A DNA stretch of 64,000 nucleotides, filler included, from Ionaspis alba (taxonomy: Eukaryota): the NCBI GenBank assembly GCA_964255285.1. It is 16 parts of 16 records of this genome, joined end to end, with 100 filler letters (N's around TTAATTAATTAA, not from the genome) between each part and the next. Parts side by side here need not be neighbours in the genome. Positions count along the whole stretch, not along the records: positions 1 to 4,061 come from CAXUUL010001141.1; positions 4,162 to 8,220 come from CAXUUL010001142.1; positions 8,321 to 12,375 come from CAXUUL010001143.1; 13 more parts are not named here. The stretch is one strand, 5' to 3'. The notes under the pieces are model-generated. The model was not told where the DNA came from. It made no database searches and saw nothing but the letters and a program-made list of their open reading frames with translations. Positions 1-12,106 of the stretch are shown here, one piece after another; the stretch's first letter is position 1, and every line of letters starts with the position of its first letter. The position numbers and the translations under genes were made by a program.

Positions 1-266
1 CGGGTCGATTATCAGAGAAAGATCATCATCAGCCTATCTTAGTGGCACCACCACTAGTCTTGGCCAATAACCCCTTCTCTCCACCTAAATCCCTCCATTT
101 TTGAAATATAAGGCCTCCTATATCTGCGGCTTGCATTCCAAATCTACACCATGCCTGCGTGGTCTTATCTCGTACCTTTGTACCCCCGATGTCTCTCGAC
201 AATTATACGACCTTTGAAGCCCGCAACCTCTGACCTTCGACTCCCAACTGTGAGGAGCCCAGCGCA

Positions 267-1928
267 ATGAATCATGACGGCAAGAAGCCCTTGAGCCTGT
301 CTCCAGACCCAGAGAAAGCTGTCAATGGAACTCAACACCATGGTATGCGTATCCACCGAGGGATACCAATCCCTAGGCACATGCTGGCACCGGACCAGGA
401 GGGCTATCGCACCCCCATGATAGAAGACTACGAGCATCACTATGGCCACTTCAATCGCACTGTACAGTCTCAGATACTGGCAAGACCGTCTAGTCCACTT
501 TCCAATTGCAACGTCTCTTCGCCCGCGGTATATGAGAATCAATCTGCAAATAGAAGCCGTTTCAGCCTCCACCTTGAATTGGAGAAGCTGGGATGGACAC
601 AGCGGCTTAGGCATTTCACGTGGACTTTCTTTACGATGACGATGGCTACGGGCGGTATTGCTAACGTGTTATATGCGGGTGAGGAACACTGATATAAATA
701 CCGAGACCACACTCTGATCTCTACTGCCACAGTTCCTTTCCGCTTTCCAGGTCTTGATATCATAGGAACTATTTTCTTTCTGTTCAATGTTGTGCTCTTT
801 ATCTGTAACATATTCTTTATTTCCCTTCGATTTTACCTGTTTCCAGAGACCTTCAAGGCTTCGTTCTTGCATCCTACGGAGTCTCTCTTTGCGCCGGCCG
901 CAGTGGTTTCTTTTGGTACTATACTTATCAACATTTCTCAATATGGACTGTACAAAGTGGGACCATGGCTTAATACTACTGTGCTCGCTCTATTCTGGAC
1001 CGATGCTGCCCTTGCTATTCTGTCCTCTAGTGGCATATATCTCCTGATGTTTGTATATTAGCAGCTCAACATCTATTTGCCACTGACACATTGCCCAGGT
1101 GGTCTACCCAGACGTTTACAATTGCTCAGATGACTCCAATCTGGATCTTCCCTTGTTATCCCATGCTTATAATTGGCCCTCATGCTGGTGTTCTAAGTGG
1201 CTCACTGGCTCCGCACCGAGCTCTGGATATCATTGTCGGAGGGTTCACCATCCAGGGTATTGGCTACATGATTTCTGTCATGATATACGCGGCCTTCATT
1301 TACAGATTGATGACACAGAAGCTGCCAAAAGAAAGTCTTCGGCCGGGAATGTTTGTTTCTGTAGGACCGAGCGGATTTACTGCTGCTGGTTTAATTACTA
1401 TGGCTGCCAATGCTGCCAGAGCTATCCCGGATGATTTTATGGGGAACGGACCGCTTGTTGCGATGATCATCACCGTCGTTGCGAACTGGATGGCTCTTTG
1501 GCTTTGGGGGTAGGCGTGCTACTACACCTTCTCAAAACTTGCTGATGTTTGGCAGCCTCGCAATCTGGTTTTTCTTCGTCTCTGTCGGTGCACACTGGTC
1601 ATGTATAGGGCCAGGAGGCTTGACATTCGCTATGACTTGGTTCTCCTTCGTCTTTCCAAATACAGCGCTCGTGACGGCTACCTTTGCGGTTGGGAAAGCG
1701 TTCAACTCAGACGTGATCCAGGTCCTCGGCTGTGTCCTGACTTGCATTTTGATCCTGGTGTGGATATTTGTCTTTGTGATGATGATACGGGCGATCATCC
1801 TGCACCAGATTCTGTGGCCACAGAAGGGAGAAGATAGAGATGAAGGCGGCTTCAAAGGGCCTGCAATGAGACAGAGACCAAGATCTCGCAGCGATGGGTT
1901 TTTGCACCATGCTAGGACGGTTGGTTGA
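267..1928 (+). CDS. mae1: C4-dicarboxylate/malic acid transporter (TDT/SLAC1 family, Mae1-like), 4 exons
   Basis: Motifs RLRHFTWTFFTMTMATGGIANV, FLHPTESLF, WIFPCYP, RPGMFVSVGPSGFT and FAMTWFSFVFPNT. GT-AG introns at about 679-732, 1049-1098 and 1510-1555 join the ORF fragments. Confidence 0.93.
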
Positions 1929-2029
1929 AAGAGCTTCGATGGAACTACGGGCGTGTCCACTCGCACTTACTCAAATCGTGCTGGATTCAATTTGGAACGT
2001 TGTTCTTTCGGATGAAATCTTTCATTATC

Positions 2030-2618
2030 CTAGACAACCGACCTGACCTTCCCAGTCTCAACCTCATACACCCAACCCGACACAGTGATACTCTCCGGGA
2101 TGGCATTACTTCCCCTCAAGTACTTAACATCGTCCTCGACCGCCTTTTCCAAATCTGGGAACGGCAGGAAATCCAATCCCTCGATCTCTTTCTTTGCCTC
2201 AGCTCCCAAGTTCTTCTCGACAACACCATGCGCATCCTCGTTCTTGAACGTTAGCATCACACATCCTGTATGTTTGATCACTAAGATCTCGGTCGTGCCT
2301 AGCAGCTGGTTTGAGATGACGATGGAGCGGAGAGCATCACGGGCGCTGCCTCCAGCGTTGCGGATGACGTGGGCGTCACCGAGAGATATGCCGTAGGCGG
2401 CAGCGGGGTCAATGCGGGCGTCCATGCAGGTTACTGAAGGAGATGACTTTAGCGCGCTCTGATGAAGGGAACTTCGCACGGTGATGTATAAGAAATTGGG
2501 GGTCAGGCTCACCAACCACATATTTCTTGGCTGGTGGGAGTGCTAGACCTCCTTGATCAAAACTTGAGACATAATCTTTGTTCTTGGAGACCAGGTTTTG
2601 CTGGATTGATGTAGCCAT
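2030..2618 (-). CDS. beta-class carbonic anhydrase, 2 exons
   Basis: Zinc motifs TCMDAR and HTGC, plus IRNAGG and C-terminal SGWVYEVETG. One intron at about 2436-2512. Confidence 0.93.
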
Positions 2619-3067
2619 TTCGAAGATATTAAGCCTTGTAATTCTAAACGACTATGGTGTAATGTGGTTGTTTTGGCTCTGTAAAAGCTAGAACTTGAGA
2701 AAGGCTATTTGCTAGGAATCCAAAGCTCTTTATAAACTTCTCTACATATCTCGAACCAATGAATTCTAATCTCCTCTCGATGGCGACATTGCGCCTTATC
2801 CTATTCCACCATGCTCCTAACCCGTTCGGATATAACACTAAGATCGACAATGCCAAGCTCGGGGCGGGGAGTGGCGATCAGGGTTTAGGGCTAATGCCTG
2901 AATATGCAGTAAAGTCCTATTTCAAAAGTTTGAGACAATTGAGCTCCAGGTGAAAACTCAATCAGCTTCTCCCACTGCATAGGCCTGATAAAGATCCTGC
3001 CTTTTGACCGTAGAAGGTATCCCACCTTCAATCGGACCATCTTCAACCGTCCATCTCAATCACCGTC

Positions 3068-4061
3068 ATGACAGAGACGCGCAAAACCGTTCTAATCACC
3101 GGGTTCGTCTGCTCTTTAAGTCACAGCTCTATAGCATAGAGCTGACGATGCATCAGCTGCTCTTCTGGCATCGGCAATGCTCTCGCCCGAGAGTTCCACG
3201 GTCACGGCCTCCGAGTGTTCGCGACAGCGCGAAAAACAGCTTCGATAGCTGATCTACAGGAGCTGGGGATCGAGTGCTTGAGCCTGGTGGTCGATGATGA
3301 GGCGAGCGTAAGGAGTTGCTACGAAGAGGTGTCACGGCTCGTTGGCGACAGAGGCTTGGACTACTTGGTCAATAATGCTGGGAGGAGTACGTATCCCTTC
3401 TTTCCGCAACATGCAGAACGAACTTCGCGAGCACGGCATGGCCAAATATGGATGAATAAAGTGCTAAGTGCTCGTATCTACAGACTACACCGTCCCCGCC
3501 CTCGAAGTCTCCCTCCCGGAAATCGAGAGCACCTTCTCCACAAACCTCTTCGCAGTCATGCTCATCAACTCGACCTTCTCCCCCCTGCTCCTGCGCTCCC
3601 GCGGCACAATCGTACACATCGGCTCCCTGGCCGCAGTAATGCCCTACGTCTGGGGTTCGGTGTACAATGCCTCGAAAGCTGCCCTGCATGCCTACAGCAA
3701 CACATTGCGCGTCGAGCTGCAGCCGTTTGGCGTGCACGTTATTACCGTCGTGACGGGCGGTGTCAAGAGCAATATTGCGCGGACGGAGAGAAGCTTGCAG
3801 GAGGGCAGCTTGTTTAAGGAGTTAGAGACGAGTTATGAGAGGAGGCAGAAACATAGTCAGGAGGTGGGGATGGAGACGGAGACTTATGCCAAGGATGTGG
3901 TGGGGAAGGTATTGGCGGCGAGAGGGCGATTCTGGAGTCAGGGGGAGGTGTGGGCGGGGAGTAAAGCCAGTTTGGTTTGGTGGGCGGAGTGGGTGGATCG
4001 ATTAGTGCCTGGGGGAATTTTTGGGGTTGTGATGAGGAGGATGTTCGGGTTGGATAGGTTG
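3068..4061 (+). CDS. AYR1: short-chain dehydrogenase, AYR1-like 1-acyl-DHAP reductase (3' end lost at contig end)
   Basis: Spliced MTETRKTVLITG|CSSGIGNALAREF, LDYLVNNAG, catalytic YNASK and LRVELQPFGV. Introns near 3103-3156 and 3388-3483. Confidence 0.85.
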
Positions 4062-4161
4062 NNNNNNNNNNNNNNNNNNNNNNNNNNNNNNNNNNNNNNN
4101 NNNNNTTAATTAATTAANNNNNNNNNNNNNNNNNNNNNNNNNNNNNNNNNNNNNNNNNNNN
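4062..4161. other. artificial contig linker N44-TTAATTAATTAA-N44 (15 copies in the window)
   Basis: Identical 100-nt spacers at 4062, 8221, 12376, 16517, 20658, 24788, 28895, 32991, 37080, 41160, 45239, 49317, 53376, 57422 and 61458. TTAATTAATTAA puts stops in all six frames. Confidence 0.99.
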
Positions 4162-7100
4162 AACAGTTGGTTTCATAAGCACGATAGAATTGCGATGAGC
4201 CTCGCTGACTAACATCGCTGCTTACCATTGTGGCAGAGATCCATGATCGATGAAGGTTGCTCCCGTTGGATGTGGCGGTCCAGAAGCATTGTTCCATACC
4301 ATTTCGCTGCGGTAGCCCCCACGAGGGATCGCCTTTTCGGCTGCTGCTACTTTGTTTATTGTATTCTGTACCCTAGGCTCGCGTACATGCCCAAAGGTTG
4401 TGGCGTTCTTTCCTTTCCTATGAAAAGTATCTTCCTATGATGCGTTGCCTTTTTCGAACAAGGAATATCATACTGAGGCTTGATTTCGTTGCCCAAAGCT
4501 TTGACATCATGTGCAACTGGAGGATACGCAATACCGACAACTCATTGAACTCGCTTTGCAGGACAAGCACTACGGTCGGCAGGTGGACCCAGTGATAGGG
4601 GCCGTCTTCAATTCTCGACCACTCGGTAGTTGTCAGAGTTTGAACACTATCCACCACCACTCGATCGCTTCTGGTGATAGTGGAATGTCTATGATCGTGG
4701 GCATCTGATAGAGTCATCCATGTGCCTTAGTCTCTTTCTCAAGACGAGAATCTCGATGCCTAGGTCTTCTTCTCATATCGTCCAGTCACGCAAGTCCCAA
4801 ACAATGAATCAGCCGCCTCGCGTCAAGCTGAAATGATGTAAATGAGTGATCAACGAGTACCATACGGACGTAGATCTAGGCATATCTCTTGGGTACACGT
4901 CGATTCCGAGCATTTCGGCCTGCAAAGTGTGGTTCTGAGCATCTCTAGGGATCGATTGGTATAACTCGATCAACATAAGTTCAAATTTCCGCACAAGTCG
5001 GAAAGCCGTTATACGTCCTTCTTGAAAGGGTCTAGATTGCGAACGGCGAGATAGCCGGCTTCTCCCTGTGATAGCTCTTGGATATGTCCTCCGCTGGCTC
5101 GCGAGCGAGTATGCCATCCTCGCACAGCCATTGGGCGCCTTATCCTCCAGGTTGATTGCATTTATCTGCCTGACTTTCGGTTATTCCTGAGGGCATTAAC
5201 ATGATTGGTTAAGGAAATCCCTGCAAAGTGTAAGAATAGAAGAATAATAGCATGCTGCGGCTGACGAAACCAACGAGAAGCGTTCGGCAGTTAAGCTTTA
5301 GGCGCACTGGGCGGGGCATATTCCGATCCTGCCTTGACCGCATCCCATCTCACACAAACGTCTCGTGAACCATAACAAAATGTGCCAATGGAGGGCTGAA
5401 GGGTCGGTGACTGCGGAACGGCGCTTGTCTGCTCCGACCATAAGTCCATGAATACCTGCAGAGATAGCCACGCAACATTGTTGTCCGCTAGATTGGCATT
5501 CCCACTTACGTGCCTTTCGAAAGTCCCGCAAGGTCTCTCTACTTCCAACAAAGTCGACACTGCCATCATGGAGTCAGAGATTCAACCCTCGGCAGAGGCA
5601 TGCGCAGTAATGGCGACGAATATAGAATCAGCCATACTGCGGCTCACTTAGGAGGGGACGACGAGATGATGAGGATGAGGTTTTGGCACGTGGATTGACC
5701 ACTAACCTTGCAACTCAGGAGGATCCGTCATCCTGGCGGGCAGGCTGAGGCTGGACTCCAGAGAAATTCTACGACTGATTACCTTACTACTCGTACACAA
5801 ACATATTATCTGGCATCCTAGAATCATCATCAACGCAGCACTTCCAGGTACCGACTTCCCCAACTACAATCCCGTATTATGATCCTGCAGCCAGGGATTC
5901 CAGGGATTTCGCTCACCAGCCATGGCTCCCCATCGCGAGCCATAGTTGAATCCAACAACTAAGGCTAGTCTTCACCTCATGCCTGGTACCTGCGCCTCAG
6001 CTGGAGGAACCAATCGAGGCCGGATACTCGATCTTCCATACTCTCATCAGCAGCATGGTGCAGTTTGCTTCATGCGTTTCTATTCCTGGAAACAACCCCT
6101 TGAGATACTGAAGTCCATCTTGCCGGAGACGTCCAGACTCTACCTTGATGCAAACGTATCCATATCACACTGCCTCGGATGTAGGATAGGATCTTCAGGC
6201 TTGACTATGACTGCTCCTTGTACCTTACCATCCCGGCTCCCCGGGCTCAGCACCACGTTCACTGATCCTGCCATTGAGCCCACTGATCTGTCACCCTACA
6301 CCACTGGCCCAACTCTCTGGCCAATACGATGATGGCGCAATACATCTCATGCATTCCGGCATGACGGCTCCAACGTTTGTCGCAGATCGTAAGTGTTTAG
6401 CATGGGGTAGGTAAGTGAGGAAGCTAAGGAGTTCTAAACTAGAGCTGATATGTTTGCTGAAGCTTTGCCAGGTGGATGGGCCTTCTGATTGGCCACTTCA
6501 ACTACCTTAGGTCCCAGTCATCGTAGTGACTGATACTGTACTACTGACACTGCTCGGCCAGGTCCGTTGTACATCGACCTCATACTCTCACTATTCACCC
6601 TTTTCACTTACATTTCTCAATCCGCTTTGCCGTATTCCTCTAGTCAGAGCAGAGAAGGAGGGGGAAAATGGTGCCTAGTCATATCGGTGCCTAGGAACTT
6701 GTCACGCCCCCTCTTCCTGTCATTGCATCTTGTCGGCACTTCCCTGGATCGAGTTCGTCCTTTAGGCATTCGAGTCACATCACTACACATATATGTTACA
6801 GCCTTCGCCACCCCCAGTCCTTCCTCATTTTGCCTCATCACTGCTGGTCTTTGAGTAATACCTCGTACCTCTGCCCGTTTGCCTGAACCCCCAACTTGCT
6901 TCTGTTCATTCATCATTCATCCCTCAACTCTATGCATTTTTATTACCAGACGTTCGTTATCAAGAAGACCGCCCGAAGACCATCATCTATATAATTAAAG
7001 TACCTGCTCACCCATCCAACTCCCTACCATCGCCATCACCGATTCACTTCACATCGCATCCACTCAATCACATTGCCACTCCGTGGTTCGGTACTCAGCT

Positions 7101-7192
7101 TGCGCCAATCGAAGACAAATTTCGAACAATCAGCTTACTTGCTCGCCACCACCATCCACCATCCACCAATCTCACCCGCCAGGAACTTCGTC

Positions 7193-7438
7193 ATGTGTAT
7201 CCAAATCATAGAGCGTTTTGCAGTCTGTGGCTGCATCTACCACAAGCACGCCGTCGACCCATGCCCAGCAGCCAATCAACGTGGTCACGGTATCACTATC
7301 CGACAGGTCCAGGTCGGCTACGCCTGTTCACTGCATTCTATTCGTGGCGCCCAACCTTCTGCGGGCTCGAGCCGATATCCTGACTCCGGCTACTCGAGCG
7401 GAGGCTATCAACCGAGCAATTCTGGCTATCGTCGATAG
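7193..7438 (+). CDS. small (81 aa) Cys/His-rich hypothetical protein
   Basis: ATG at 7193 follows a C-rich leader and a TATATAA at about 6988. The sequence MCIQIIERFAVCGCIYHKHAVDPC...GH...VGYACSLH is followed by a Ser/Gly/Tyr tail. Confidence 0.7.
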   Translation: MCIQIIERFAVCGCIYHKHAVDPCPAANQRGHGITIRQVQVGYACSLHSIRGAQPSAGSSRYPDSGYSSGGYQPSNSGYRR

Positions 7439-8320
7439 CACCACGAGACTTACGAAACCGATTGGGGCAATGGCCTGATGTTGTTGAAAGCAAGGATCGC
7501 TTCCAGCGAGGGAGAGCGATCGTGGAGGATCAGAAGAGAAGGATGCTGAGATGAACCTGTCGACTAGCTCGCCGGCCCGTGCTTTTTTCTACGACAGTTA
7601 GGAAGGGGAATTGAAAGGAGAGGTCTCTTGGTGCTGGACAAGACGTTGGTCCAGCCTCAGGGTTCCACTAAGAGCTACAGCCGTGCTGTTGAGCTCTTCT
7701 GTTTGTACTGCCATTTGTCTTCTTTCGACCGACTCGCTCTGCGGCTAACTAGGGGAGGCATGGGGAGGGATTTTTTTTTGGAGAGGGCTCTGCCTAATCA
7801 ATGACGGAGATGACGCACGCACAGGAATGACTGATGGGATCACGGGATACAGGGCAAGGGCTTTAGCATGCATGGAATTGGGAGTCACGGTCCTCGTGGG
7901 GTTTAGCGTTCTATTCGTTGTTGTTCTGCATTGGGTTGCCTGGGATGGCGATAGCGGGACACACATTATGGGGGCGGTTGTTCTGCGATCATTGCCTCTA
8001 CTTATTCGTCTCTTTCTTCTCTCGTGACGACGTTTGCGTCTCCTTTTGTGTACGAGTACGGGTTTCATCTGACATGCGAGTTTGTCCGTGCAGGGCATGG
8101 AAAGCTCGTTAGGCGGCTGCAGGCAGCAACCAACGTCTGGAACGTTCGTCTGTGGGGTGTTCGTGATCAGGCAGTGCCTTGAGACTTAGAACTAGATTCG
8201 CAAGGACCCTCGATAGCCAGNNNNNNNNNNNNNNNNNNNNNNNNNNNNNNNNNNNNNNNNNNNNTTAATTAATTAANNNNNNNNNNNNNNNNNNNNNNNN
8301 NNNNNNNNNNNNNNNNNNNN

Positions 8321-8936
8321 AAGTAGAACTCACGTCGTTCTCTTCATATTCCGGAAAGAGCGTGAAGAACCTCTCCAGGAATACAACGAAGTGATCCGCC
8401 ATTTGCTTCAGTTCATGATCGTAGCTGTCCGTGTCCACATAGCTGAATCCAGTCCCGATAGGATTATCAACAAATAGCATATTGGCAAACTCGTCCCATG
8501 ATCCGTCATTATATCTTAGCTTCTCGTCGTCTACTAATCTATACGGTCCAACCTCCATCAACGCCCCATCCATGGAACTGCACCCTGGTCCTCCATTCAG
8601 CCATATGACAGTGCGATGCCGATTCGCAAGGTGTCGATTCTGAAAGTGCCAGAAGAAAAGGTTCCCGTTGTGTTCGGGCTCAACTTCGATGTGGCTAGAT
8701 CAAGGTCCACATCAGTCAATGGTATCTACCCAGGAAAGGGTTACGATCACATACCCAGCATGCATTTTCAGCAGAGGTCCATCCGGTTGTCCCGGTAATG
8801 AGTGCACGTAGTAGTCAGCTGCGGACTTTGCTGCTGTCGAGATTGTATTGAGCGAGAGACATAGGATTATCCATATGTGAGGGAGTGGAGAAATGATTCC
8901 GCGCCGCCTCGATGGCGGGCGGTTGTGGAAACGCAT
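8321..8936 (-). CDS. KEX1: pheromone-processing serine carboxypeptidase Kex1, 5' part (truncated at contig end)
   Basis: Signal peptide, then [59 protein letters not shown] and [15 protein letters not shown]. Confidence 0.92.
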
Positions 8937-9581
8937 CTTAGAAGGAGAGGAAAGTGGATGTGGAGATTTCAAATCGCAACATCAACAACGGTGCAGGAAT
9001 GTGACTGGTATGTATGGACTGGTGGTCCTTCGTCACCGCCGCGAAGTCCTCATTAACGGCGTGATCGAAGCCTGGGGCCAAGTGCTTGTCTCCCACTGTA
9101 TCAATGGCTGTGTGATGTTGTAGCTTCTACCACGACAGTAAAGTAGCAATGGTGAAATTGTGTGAGTAAGAGTTCCGACACCTCTTGGACTATCGTTGGC
9201 AGGTGGGACGTGGACCAGTATAATTTCTTTATTGTCAACGACATCCGGGGCGAGGTTGCAGCTCTCAGCCCGGAAATATAATACCAACGATACCGAGTCT
9301 AGATTACGCGGCCCAGAGTCTAGCGAGTATTTCGCACGATTGACCAACGTCTCTCGAGTCCAACGGTGGTAATTTTTGTTAGCCTGATTCTACAATACGG
9401 CGTCTGCAGCCCGCCCCCAACTCCTTTGACTAGACTGTGCATAGAGGCGATTCTCCAACAACGACGCCGCATTACAATCCTTCGGTCGGACAGCCTTTGT
9501 CCCGAATTCAGGACTGAACGGAAATCTGTTGTAGTGTTTCATCGTTCTCTAAGGTCAATTTTAAGCATGATTTGATCTATC

Positions 9582-10439
9582 CTAAATCAGATCTCCGAAT
9601 CCCTTCTCCGAGTCTTTCTTGATCAACTCCACCATTCCCTGCGCACAGCGATTATAAGCATGAAGCATTTGTTTTTTAGGCATGTTCAAGTCTCTACTCA
9701 CCAGTGGCATGATGGGGTTTCCTTCCTTGTCTTTGACATATCGAAAAGGCATTTGCGTACTTTCATGCTCGTCGATCTTGATTTCTGGATGGTCAACGTA
9801 GGGAATCTTCTCCAATGGGACTAGCAAAATGTCAACATTTCAACGGACTTTCTCTACAATGTCGCAAAAGCTCACTCTTGTTTTGTATGACCATTCGTGT
9901 CACCCGTACAGCAGTATCCGTTGTCATCTGTACTGGACCCAGTCGTCGCCCACTGAAACCCTTCTCTCTCAGTTCGGAGGTTCTATCTGATTAACATCAA
10001 TACCATACTACAATTTCTGCTTAGACAGCAATTGATCTTGTCATACCTCGAGGAGGATCGTCACCTGCCATCCAACAAGTTAGTCTACTATCACCACAGC
10101 TACGCCATGTTCGCCTCTACCTAAGATACCTCCGAACAAAAACACCTCGAAGACATCTCCATCGCCAACAGAAAGCTCCTCAGCAGCAGCAGGATCAAGC
10201 AGACACACTTTGTCCTTCCTAGTAGCATATACCTCCTCGACACTCAAATGTGTAAAAGTGAAACCAGGACCGTTGATAAGTTCCCGAGGCAGGCGCAAAC
10301 TATTGGGAACAGATGACAGCCGGAACCAGGCACCGGCATCCCATGTTTCTTGGGCGATTGTTTTGTACTCGAGGGTTGACCAAGGGCCTAGTTCTGGGTC
10401 GAGATGTTCGACGACGTATGCCTTTGGCCCCAGAGACAT
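9582..10439 (-). CDS. SFM1: SPOUT-family protein arginine methyltransferase Sfm1 (DUF431), multi-exon
   Basis: YVVEHLDPELGPWSTLEY, VCLLDP, FLFGGILG|DDPPR|DRTSELR..GRRLGPVQMTTDTAVRVT, and YVDHPE...MPFRYV. Confidence 0.92.
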
Positions 10440-11495
10440 TCTGATGTAAGGGTAGGTTCTTCAACTAGACAGCTGTGCCCTAGAGAGTCACGAGATCAAG
10501 TATGAATGCCCCGATCCCAGAATCCTGGTTCAAGTTGTCGTCTTTTCGGCGATAGTTCACATGCAGTGACGCAAGTGAGGGTATGTGTAGAAACCTTTGG
10601 CTGGACCCTGAAGAAGTGAGGATGGTTTGCTCCGCTCGTAGTTCAGTATCGAACCAGTAGAATTGTGTTTCCTTCCCCCACCAAGACCTTGGTCCTTCTT
10701 CGAAAGTATGGAAAGAGTTGCAGATCTCCCGACGCTGTACTGAATTTGTAAGACTTCGACACCGCCGTCGGAAGGCCAATGATCGAGCAGATCGGCTAAA
10801 GCTGCAGGTGACGAGGGACAAGTGTGTCTTGGCGTTTTGAGACCCCGATCGAGAAATGATCGTCGGGCTTGTGCTTGTCTACTCACTTTGTTTTCTCCTC
10901 AATCTGTACTGAACAAGAAGAGGCAAGAATCGTTCGAATCCCGTGGACCCTTTGCATTCGAATCATACACACACCCTCGTCCACACCTCAATTAACTCTT
11001 CGTAGAAACCTTCTAGCAATCTCTCTGCTGTGCCACCATCCAAAAACTGCACTTGCTGATCCAGACTGTCGGGTAAGCAGCACACCATCTTCTTTCCACG
11101 ACTTCACAATATATCTTTACCACACGCCATCTTCCCACCCCTCGATCAATAACTGTGTCTGACTCTTACTCTGCAAGTCACAAGGTCTCAATTGCACTTT
11201 ATCAACCACTCAATTACCGCTCCACGACTCTCAATCCATTGACCAACATACCAACTCATTCACCCTACGTCCTCTTTCACATTCAACCAAAGAAAAGATA
11301 CTCCAGCTAGGACAGCTTCTCTACTCACGTGCTCCACGTGGGAACAAAGAAACTTCTCGACCACGAGTCTGCTTGTCCCTCGGAGTGTCTACCTTATTGA
11401 GGTCTCGATCAATCGATCCATCTGTCCCGAAGGTTCACAGCCCCCTCGGAACCATCAAACCTCCACATTCAGACCATTCAAACCTCAACACAACC

Positions 11496-12106
11496 ATGTC
11501 AAGACTAAACCCTCACCAGAAGAACAAGGTCGACATCAGCGTAAGTCATCCTCCCAAACCCTCTCAATCCTCCAATCCACACCTTACCAACCCATCACCC
11601 CCACAGACCCTCAACCCAGAAGAACAAAAACTTTTCCGCCTCTACGGCAAACTCCCCAACCGCAACGACCTCCTCCAAAACAAGCTAAAGGTACCTCCCT
11701 TCCCCTCTTCCTCCCCTTCTCCCTCCTCTCCCACTACTATCCAAAAAGACCCGCCTCACACTCTGAGTCCCACCAGGAGCGCAAATACTTCGACTCCGGC
11801 GACTACGCCCTCTCGAAAGCCGGCAAAGCCTCCGACGTCGGCGTCACCTCCATGGGCACGCAGCACCCTCTTCCCGAAAACATCCCGCATCTCAGCTCTC
11901 CCGGAGCCAACAACAGTAGTAATGGAAACGGCCAAGGGGCGACGGGCACGATTAATGGTGGCACGGGAGGGAGTCCGGTGAAGGAGAGTAGTTTTTTACA
12001 CAGAGAGACGAGTGTGGATGAGGTGGATGATGAGAGTAGGGGGAAAGCGGAGGGGATTAGTCCCCCGCCAGCTAGGGAGGGGGTGCCGATCAGGTGGCAG
12101 CATTGA
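11496..12106 (+). CDS. IGO1: endosulfine / cAMP-regulated phosphoprotein (Igo1/2-like), 3 exons
   Basis: Spliced LFRLYGKLP..LLQNKLK|ERKYFDSGDYALSKAG, containing the Greatwall/Rim15 site FDSGDY. Introns at about 11541-11606 and 11691-11775. Confidence 0.93.

Noticed and set aside
4106..4117. Regularly spaced TTAATTAATTAA as a biological repeat or CRISPR-like array
   Set aside because: It is always embedded in N runs and is a synthetic six-frame stop linker.
4200..6350. Several short ORFs that might be a decayed gene
   Set aside because: No consistent spliced model and no recognisable motif.
8321..8936. KEX1 as the processing enzyme of the RiPP cluster
   Set aside because: It lies on a different contig of a size-sorted concatenation, so its presence in the window is chance. 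KEX1 is a housekeeping gene.
11326..11340. Tandem CACGTG E-boxes upstream of the endosulfine gene
   Set aside because: They probably lie in the transcribed leader, and two hexamers alone are weak evidence of regulation.
11373..11981. 202-aa single-exon ORF
   Set aside because: It is a read-through of introns. The spliced endosulfine model explains the region.
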